From the NCBI GenBank assembly GCA_964016885.1, contig OZ024742.1, positions 273,048,001 through 273,112,000 of the forward strand: a DNA stretch of 64,000 bases, given 5' to 3'. The notes beneath the pieces were generated by a model. It saw only the letters and a program-made list of their open reading frames with translations, did not search any database and was not told where the DNA came from. This DNA comes from Eledone cirrhosa (Eukaryota). Positions 56,052 through 64,000 of the stretch are shown one piece after another (within the stretch, counting starts at the first letter, position 1; every line of letters starts with the position of its first letter). The position numbers were made by a program, and so were the translations under genes.

Positions 56052-56433
56052 TTGGAGGTGGATTGGCAGTATTGGTAGAGGGTCGGATGCAATGCTTGGA
56101 AGCATAGAGTTACCTCCCTGTATGATCTAATTTCAAATCCCGCCGAGGTTAACTTTGCCTTTCATCCTTCCGGGGTCGATAGAATAAAGTACCAGTAATG
56201 CATTGGGTAATTGCTGGCCTTGTGCCAAAAGTAGAAACAATTATTATTATTATTGTTAGGGCGGTGGAATTATTATTATTATTAGGGCAGTGGAATGGCA
56301 GTATCGGTAGAAGGTCGGACGCCATACCTTGAAGCATAGAGTTACCTCGCTTTATGATCTGAGATCAAATCCCGCCGAGGTTAACTTTGACTTTCATCCT
56401 TATTGGGTCGATAATATAAAGTACCAGTAATAC
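56052..56433 (+). mobile_element. Two tandem SINEs separated by (ATT)n
   Basis: 56052-56245 complete; 56284-56433 3'-truncated at the Dong junction. Confidence 0.9.
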
Positions 56434-58550
56434 GGACAGTGTCAACAAGTACATCCAATTTCTTCTCACACAATTCCCAAAGTGTTTAAGATCGTCCATG
56501 AAGAAGAGGTGGTTGATCGTAAGCTCTCCTTTTCCCAACTTGTATCCTGCTCTCACTTTTCGCAATATGACGGACAGGGGTATCAGGGCAAGGACAAACA
56601 ATAAAGGAGACAAACTATCTCCCTGGAAGATGCCTGTCTTTATCTTCACGCTTTCCAAGGATTCTCCACCTGATGTTAACTCTGTTTCCCAGGACTTCAT
56701 AATATTGCTTAATAGTTGTCTGATGTTATCTGCCACCTTGAAGATCTCTAGGCTTTTGGTTATCCAAGAATGAGGTACCATGTCGAATGCCTTTTTGTAA
56801 TCTATCCATCCCATGGCAAGACCAGTGTGCCACCTCTTGCAAGTCCTCATTACCATTTTTTCAATAAGTAACTGGTCTTTTGTCCACGGAACTTCTTTCG
56901 ACATCCTTTCTGTTTGTCCGGTAACAAGTTGTTTATGTGGAGGTGATATTAGATTTTCTGAGACACAATTCTTGTTAACAGTTTCCACATTACGGACACA
57001 CATGTGATAGGACTATAGTTGGTAACATCATTACCCTTGATTCGGTCTTTCATTACCAGAACTTTGGTACCTTTTTTCAACCACTCTGGTACTTCACCCA
57101 ATATCAAGCAGTCATTGAACACGGTTGTCAGTTTTAGGTGGAGGGATGTTTTTAATCCAATACATTAGCACACCATCTGGGCCCTAGCACACCAACTGGG
57201 CCTGGTGATTTCCAGTTGGTTAGTTTTTTGGCCTCCCCTTTAAGAGTTTTTACTGTGATACTCAAATCAGGTTGTTGGTGTGCTTGTTCACTAATCTTTT
57301 GAAATGTCTCAATCCACACTGCCTGACTATTATGTTCAACATCCTGCTCTCATATTCTACTCCAGAATGTCTTAATCTGTCCCGCCTCAGGAATCAGGTC
57401 GCTGCCTCTTTCTTTCCCTTCAAGCTGTCCAAACAACATCTTCTGGTTGTTGTCAAACATGCAGTTCTGTCTATACTGACTAACTCTGTTCTCATGCCGC
57501 CTCATCTTTGCACTTGTTGCTACAATACGTTGCTTCAGTTCCTCTATTATAACATTTAACTCTTTTCGCCTAGTTTTTCAATCTATCTTTATTATCTATA
57601 TTTCGTAATGTCCCATTAAGTATAACTCAAACTTTGCAATGTATTTTCTCATTTCCATAATTTGACCATTCAGTCGTTTCTTCCACCAAGGTTCTGATAT
57701 TTCTTGTTTGTTGTTTCCTCTTGTTTTTATCCCAAGTAATTTACTCACCACGTTTGCGGTTGCTTTGAGGATATTGTTCCATTGGTGAAGGTTCCTCGCC
57801 TCAAGGTGTGGGATGCCCTTGTTTACCTTAGCTGTTGTTTCTTTTAACTTTTTCCTTTACAAATCTTAGGTTCATAGGTTTGCCACTATCATTGTTCATT
57901 TCATCTACCACTAAGTTCAGGATATCAACCAAATATTGCCCTAGCCCGTCAACATTCATTTCCTAAATGGCCGTAGCTTTGTTCCAAATGTTATTTATTT
58001 CAGCATTCAGATCGTTGTCTGCTTCGGATGCTTCCTCAGGTCTCTCAACTTATTCACCTTCATTTCCCACTGGCTCAATTGCCTGATATACTCCACTCGC
58101 CATTTCCAACTTAATCTCTCTGCTCAGTTCGTTCTGTTCCAACTTGCTTATCCATCCATTAGTTCTTATTACACGAGCCTATTCGGCCAATTTCTGTTCA
58201 CCGATTTTAAATAGACTGATCTCGATCCAGATGTTATGCATCCGTTTCCTATAGACTTGTTTGGGGGGGGGGGGTTACTCTTCGAGTAACATTTTATGAC
58301 AGTTCTATTCAATTCTTTCGTCCAGTTGGTTCTTGTCCATTTCCTTCTTCTTCTTCCTCCAACACCAGCAGTATTTGGATGACAGCCCGCTCCCTGCTGC
58401 TTGGCATGGGACCACTTGCTGGATGAGAGTCTTTCACATGACGTTCCAGTCTCCTTTTCACCGTTATTCGAGCTGTTTAGGTTCGATACTTAAACACTCA
58501 TATGGAGGATTGGTGAATTTATGGTTACATAACCACCGATATTTTTAGCG
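56430..58550 (-). mobile_element. R4/Dong-like LINE 5' half (N-terminal region + RT start)
   Basis: RT segment closely matches 1445-1885; upstream broken frames read RTNWTKELNRTVIKCY, YRKRMHNIW, EQKLAE, NGWISKLE. Confidence 0.85.
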
Positions 58551-58885
58551 TGGCACCATAACGTTGTAGACGAAAATAAATAAATAAATAAATAAAAATA
58601 TAAAAAAGTAAAAATAAATTTCATTGTAATGTTTGAATGTCTGACCTAGTTTTTTTTCTTTTTCTTTTTGTTTTTCAAGGCCAGTAACATCGGTTACTAG
58701 TATGGTTGTTGCTGCTGCTGCTGTTTTTGATTTTAGCTACGCTAACTTAGTAGTCATAGCAACGAGGGAGGTAGGGGGTGTTGCGTTCAAAACTTTTGAA
58801 ATTAGTTTTTCTTTTGATGTTGCGTTTGTTTTTGTCTGTGTTCTGTTCTGTAATTGTTCGACTTGTTACTTATCAGTGCATAATG

Positions 58886-59245
58886 TACCAGTAATGCACT
58901 GGTGAATGGCTGGCCTTGTGCCAAAAGTAGAAACAATTATTATTTTACATCGCCGAGGTTGACTTTGCCTTTCATCCTTACGGGGTCGATAAAATAAAGT
59001 ACCAGTAATGAACTGGTTAATTGCTGGCCTTGTGCCTAAAGTAGAAACAATTATTTGACATCGGCATTATCGGTAGAGGGTCGGACGCCATACTTTGTAG
59101 CAAAGAGTTACGGCTCTTTATGGTCTGAGTTCAACTCCCGCCGAGGTTAACTTTGCCTTTCATCCTTATAGGGTCGATAAAATAAAGTACCAGTAATACA
59201 TTGTTGATAATTGATGGCCTTGTGCCAAAAGTAGAAACATTTATT
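58886..59245 (+). mobile_element. Stack of three partial/complete SINE copies
   Basis: Tail GGCCTTGTGCC(A/T)AAAGTAGAAACA repeated three times. Confidence 0.9.
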
Positions 59246-59796
59246 ATTTGACATCGTTCAAACTAAACAATTTGAGAGAATTTAGAGACACTGTGGGTAT
59301 GGTGTGGCGTGCGGTGGCTGCAGGTGCCTAGTGGTGCCTAGCAATGTGGTGAACGCCAGTTTGGGCAGTGTCTAGCAACGGGGTGAACGCAAGTTTGGGA
59401 AGTACCTAGCGTAGTACCTAGCAACGGGGTAAACGCCAGTTTGGGATCTCCCGGTGCTAGGCAGTTGGACGCAGGCAGGCGAGGAGTAAGGAGCAGTGAC
59501 GATAGCAGCGCTAGTGAAAAGAGCAAAACGATATGGGACTGTTGATACGAAGATAGAGACGGCCAACCGAGGAAGACGGATGTACAAGAAATGGTCTTCA
59601 AACTACCAGGCGAGGGAGATTGAGCGGCGCCTTTGAAAAGCGGTAAGTGAGATAGCTTTTTCCAACCACAAGCTATTTCGGCAACTGGAAACAGATCTGA
59701 CTGAACAAAGAAAAAAGAAGAAAATCTACTGGAAAAACAGAGAGGAGTCTGTTGTTTTTTGTTTTTTTTGTCACTTACCGCTAGACAAATCAGAGG

Positions 59797-60558
59797 ATGG
59801 CGACAAGACTACGGACGAGCGAAGCCATCAGGGCATTTACCGGGGAGCGTGATGTAATCACTTGGCTGCGGAAAGTTCGGCTGGTCGCAAGCTTGCAGAT
59901 GATAGAGGATGTGGTTGGCCTAATGGCACTCTACCTCGAGGGAGACGCGCTGGTACTCTTCCTTGAGTTGGACGAGCATAGCCAAAGAGATGCGCAGAAG
60001 ATTGATCGGCGTCTGATAGATGCATTCGCCGAGGGACCGTTGGCAGCTTTTGCTAAGCTGGCGAGAACCAGGTGGAATGGTGAGGGCGTCGACATTTTCG
60101 CAGCGGAAATACGGCGGTTGGCCATGTTGGCTGGTTATCAGGCGGAATGGGAACGCACGGTGCGGTTGGCGTTCATTAATGGATTTCCAGACGACATAGC
60201 GGTCAAACTGCAGCAAGTCCCGGGTTATAAAGAGATGGAAATGCGTTCACTGGTGGAACAAGCCCGGATCATAGCAGAAGATGCCAAAAAGAGTGTTGCG
60301 GCGATAGCAACTACGGAGGCTCAGGACACCTGGCAGCGAAACAGTGAAAGGGAGGCAACCTCGGCACGCGGTCGCCCGCGAACGTTTAGAGGGCGCTGTT
60401 TTCGTTGCCAGGGCCCGAACATGGCTAGAGACTGTAGAGAGTTGAGGCCGGAGATAATTTGCTACCGGTGTAAGCGACCAGGCCACATCGCTACTAACTG
60501 CGACCAGGGAAACGATCCAAGGGGAACTACTGCGCCGGTAGTTGCCCCTTACGAGTAG
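59797..60558 (+). CDS. gag: Gag-like protein with two zinc knuckles
   Basis: Intact 253-aa ATG ORF; CFRCQGPNMARDC (degenerate) and CYRCKRPGHIATNC; capsid-like F.GE.DV..WL, LYLEGDA, AFINGFP. Confidence 0.85.
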   Translation: MATRLRTSEAIRAFTGERDVITWLRKVRLVASLQMIEDVVGLMALYLEGDALVLFLELDEHSQRDAQKIDRRLIDAFAEGPLAAFAKLARTRWNGEGVDIFAAEIRRLAMLAGYQAEWERTVRLAFINGFPDDIAVKLQQVPGYKEMEMRSLVEQARIIAEDAKKSVAAIATTEAQDTWQRNSEREATSARGRPRTFRGRCFRCQGPNMARDCRELRPEIICYRCKRPGHIATNCDQGNDPRGTTAPVVAPYE

Positions 60559-60564
60559 CGGCGC
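60507..60564 (+). promoter_or_regulatory. Programmed -1 ribosomal frameshift signal (G GGA AAC + H-type pseudoknot)
   Basis: Heptamer in gag frame; 5-nt spacer; stem 1 60519-30/60538-50; loop GCGCCG pairs with CGGCGC 60559-64. Confidence 0.82.
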
Positions 60565-61001
60565 TGCCCGTGGTGGAAGTCTTCGTGAGGGGGAAGCCAC
60601 AGCGAGCCCTCGTGGACACGGGCTGTACAACGACACTGGTGACCGCAGGGGTGGTGCAGAGGTGGGGAGGGAAGAGCAGTGTAAGGGCAGTCGACGGCAG
60701 CAAAATCGAATGCCGAGGTCGCAGCGAGATGGAAATAGCGGTACGGGGAAGGAGGATAAAGCTTTCGGCCATCGTAGTAGACAGTGTGGTGGATGGGATC
60801 GGCGTGGTTATGGGCATGGACGCGATTGGCCGTTTAGGAGGCGTCACGGTGGACAACCTCGGTGTGTCGTTTGGCGTTGCTGCATCGGCATGCGCTGTGA
60901 GTGCACGTCATGAGAACCAGAAGGCCCACGAGGAGGAATACCCCGCTTACACTGTGCTGGACAGCAAACTTCCACGTGCAGAGAGACGAGGAGGAAATTG
61001 A
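60507..61001 (+). CDS. Retropepsin-type aspartic protease in the -1 frame relative to gag
   Basis: ALVDTGCTTT active site, VRAVDG flap, VVMGMD; frame open from the slippery site at 60507. Confidence 0.8.
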   Translation, partial: GKRSKGNYCAGSCPLRVAALPVVEVFVRGKPQRALVDTGCTTTLVTAGVVQRWGGKSSVRAVDGSKIECRGRSEMEIAVRGRRIKLSAIVVDSVVDGIGVVMGMDAIGRLGGVTVDNLGVSFGVAASACAVSARHENQKAHEEEYPAYTVLDSKLPRAERRGGN

Positions 61002-61436
61002 TCCTTGAGATCAGGGGGGGGGGCGTGTGGGTATGGTGTGGCGTGCGGTAGCTGCAGGTGCCTAGTGGTGCCTAGCAACGGGGTGAACGCCAGTTTGGGC
61101 AGTATCTAGCAACGGGGTGAATGCAAGTCTGGGCAGTACCTAGCGTAGTACCTAGCAACGGGGTAAACGCCAGTTTGGGATCTCCCGGTGCTAGGCAGTT
61201 GGAAGCAGGTAGGCGAGGAGTAAGGAGCAGTGACGATAGCAGCGCTAGTGAAAAGAGTAAAACGATATGGGACTTTTGATACGAAGATAGAGACGGCCAA
61301 CCGAGGAAGACGGATGTACAAGAAATGGTCTTCAAACTACCAGGCGAGGGAGATTGAGCGGTGCCTTTGAAAAGCGGTAAGTGAGATAGCTTTTTCCAAC
61401 CACAGATATAACTACAATCATTATTATTATTATGTT

Positions 61437-61635
61437 AAGGGCGATGGATTGGCAGTATCGATAGAGGGTCGGACGCCATGCTTTCCAGCATAGTTACGTC
61501 CCTTTACGATCTGAGTTCAAGTCCCGCCAAGGTTGACTTTACCCTTCATCCTTACGGGGTCGATAAAATAAAAGTACCAGTAATGCACTGGATAATTGCT
61601 GGCCTTGTGCCTAAAGTAGAAACAATTATTATTAT
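61437..61635 (+). mobile_element. SINE between (ATT)n tracts
   Basis: A-box TGGCAGTATCGA, B-box GAGTTCAAGTCC, consensus tail. Confidence 0.9.
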
Positions 61636-61973
61636 TATGTTGGTTTTGCCACTGTTGTTCATGTTGGGATGTTCAAAATTTTCTTTTGACCGGGTCACTA
61701 AATCAGTCTATTTGTATCTTTTGGTAGCTATTTCCTTTCTAGTCATGAGTAGTGGTACTATTACATTCCCTCTCTTAACAGAAGGTAGTGAGAGAATAAT
61801 GATGGTAGCAATGATGGAGTGGTCACTGTAGTGATGGTTTAGTGGTACTGTAGTGATGGTGTTGTTGCAGATGTTGGTTTGTCTCTAGCTAATTATTATT
61901 ATTGAAGCATAGAGTTACGGCCTACTGGTTAATTGCTGGCCTTGTGCAAAAAGTAGAAACAATTATTATTATT

Positions 61974-63390
61974 GGTCTAATCGGACGTCTTTTGCTCGCT
62001 CCCAGTAAGTCTTTGCCTGTTAAAATTAATTGTTGTTAACAATCTCTTTTTGTGTAAGGGACATAAGCCGTTAGACTTTGCCCTGTGAAGGGGAGAGTAT
62101 AATATTTGGACCTTTTGGCCCAATTATTTGAACATTTTACTTAAAAAAATAAAATTATTTTAAAAATTCATGTCTGAGCCACGCCGCCCAGCAATATGTT
62201 TGCTGTCGTGTGGCAACGGCGTAAAAGTTGAGAGGAGGGTTAGTGAAATTCATACAAAATACATCACCACAAACAACGAGAACAAAGACAACAACACTGA
62301 GAACACTAATTTATGAAAGAATTACCACACCAACTACAACAATAACAGCCTCAACCAAAATACAGACAACAGAAATAAATGACAACAAATACAACAACGA
62401 TATTAACACCACTAACAAGAAAATAAACAACGACAACACAAACAGAAACAATACAAATTGCACCGAAACCAACAACAACGGTGGAACCAAAAACACAACC
62501 AACTACAACAGTGATAACAGCAACAACGCCAACAACACCGTTTGTAGCAGTAGCAAAAGCAACAGTACCAACAACAAGAGCAGTAGCGGCAGCAATAAGG
62601 GTGCCGCTGAAAAATGAGCCACTTTTTTCTCAGATGTGTCCCGAAATATAGAGACAGTAGTAGTCACGGAGGAGGAGATGGCAGTCGCAAGAGCCATGGT
62701 GCCGCGAAACGACAACAGAGTTTCCCGGAAACCTCCACCCGATTTCTTCAAAGACTAGCAGCTGCGAACGGTGACTTACCGCACCGTACGCAAAATATCA
62801 CATCGGATGGAGAGAGCCACGGAGGCTCAAATCTATAAGGCCTTGCGGTGCGTCTAGGAGCGCAAACCCCACATCAGCCGAGGCAAAATGTACGCCACAG
62901 TAGACGTACTTTTCGACAACCTCCAAGCGCCGAAGTCTCACACTTTGGAAACTCTAAAGAGTGAGTAGATAGTCTTGGTGCCCTCCTACTACGGGCAGAA
63001 ATATGTGAGGGTCAAAGTGACCCAGGTCCCGTCCGGCATGCACATACCTTAGCTGACCGCGTCTGTACTGGCTAGAATATCTAGGAGAAGACCACCATAC
63101 TGCAAATACAGAGAATGGGAAGAGAGAACTGGTCAGGAATACGCATGCACATTCTAATACTGACAGACCAGTAGTGCATCGAGGCTATCCCCGATATCAC
63201 AGACCTCGAAGAAGAGCTCCAACTCCCTATAAGCATGGAAGGAAGGCGCCCAAAGTGCTATCGCTGTGAGCAGAGTGGTCAGCTGAGGGCCTTCTTCCCG
63301 CAGAAAACATCCAAGAAGAGGGCCTCCTCCTTCCGACGCCTGATCCGCTGCTACCAAGAGCAAGGCAGGAACAGAGGCAGAAGCCCCTTC
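61974..63390 (+). mobile_element. Tx1 copy F (5' UTR + ORF1), subfamily related to copy A
   Basis: Starts (ATT)n|GG; MEGRRPKCYRCEQSGQLRAF matches copy A ORF1; ends by fusion to a Dong fragment. Confidence 0.82.
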
Positions 63391-64000
63391 CATGCTCATA
63401 CCACTTCTCAGAATGTGGTAAATTGTTTACTTTGCATATATGCCAGTGGATCACGCTGCCTATCACATCATGTCGGCAGCCTTTATAGTGAGTCTGGGCT
63501 AGGTGTTTACACTCGGATACAATGTGAACCACAGTCTCCTCTCTCTATATCCACAGATCCTACATATTGGGCTAGCCTCCTCCTTGTAAATATGGTGTTT
63601 CACCCACTTCGTTCTGAGGGCCTGCTCTTGCGCAGCCATTAACATTCCTTCTGTAGCCTTTTTAAGGTCTCTTTTTAACCAGTTCCATATTTATGGATCT
63701 CTAAATTCAGTTTTCTTAAAGAAGGTACTATGATGGGTTTTTCCATGAAGGTTGCTCTTCCTCCATGTTGTTCTTTCCTCCTTGGACATCCCCTAGTCTA
63801 TTGTCTTCTCCTTCAGTACAATTTTGAGCATTGGCTCCCTACTGTTAGTCACGTATTTGTGTAGGTTGTTTTTCTCCATCTGAACACAGTCTTCTATGCT
63901 GATAAGACCTCTTCCACCTTCAGATCTCCTTAAGTAGAGTCTATCGACAACACTCCTATTGTGGAACATGTTGTAGATAGTCAATAGCTTCCTAGTCTTC
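63390..64000 (-). mobile_element. R4/Dong-like LINE middle fragment, runs off the window
   Basis: RLYLRRSEGGRGLISIEDC and HIVSECKHLAQTHYK..RHD match 2240-2845. Confidence 0.9.

Larger units (their letters stand above)
59292..61404 (+). mobile_element. Non-autonomous LTR retrotransposon (Ty3/Gypsy-like gag-protease only), 2113 bp
   Basis: 379-bp LTRs 59292-59670 and 61026-61404 (TG..CA, 12 differences by eye); purine/G tract before the 3' LTR; no RT/RH/IN motifs. Confidence 0.93.

Noticed and set aside
56052-56145. tRNA gene
   Set aside because: A/B boxes are present but there is no cloverleaf; it is the SINE head.
58886-59245. CRISPR-like repeat-spacer appearance
   Set aside because: Repeats are SINE tails with homologous, not unique, intervening sequence; eukaryotic context and no cas genes.
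59338-59601. Duplicated 87-aa minus-strand ORF (also 61072-61335)
   Set aside because: Duplication is explained by the two LTRs; no recognisable domain.
59287-61409. Target-site duplication of the LTR element
   Set aside because: Flanks GACAC and GATAT match at only 3 of 5 positions; not claimed.

Overview
Eukaryotic (metazoan), AT-rich, almost entirely repeat-derived window; I cannot support any intact host gene. The dominant tRNA-derived SINE resembles the abundant octopus SINEs as I recall them, so an octopod source is inferred, not proven. Contents: six Tx1-clade (L1-superfamily) LINE copies, two of them near full length; four pieces of an R4/Dong-like LINE with a restriction-like endonuclease; five Penelope-like elements (PLEs) or remnants; CR1 and RTE fragments; more than 12 SINEs; two MITE-like foldbacks; and a young 2.1-kb LTR element encoding only Gag and protease. 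Best signals: (1) minimal type-I hammerhead ribozymes with palindromic stem III in the PLE terminal repeats (three sequence families, six copies, two of them degenerate); (2) a slippery heptamer plus H-type pseudoknot joining gag to protease in an LTR element lacking RT, integrase and a tRNA PBS; (3) apparent microsatellite niche partitioning, with Tx1, Dong and SINE in (ATT/TAA)n and PLE/ribozyme cassettes in (TA)n, plus a shared Tx1/SINE 3' tail. All alignments and folds were done by eye; boundaries of decayed elements are approximate.
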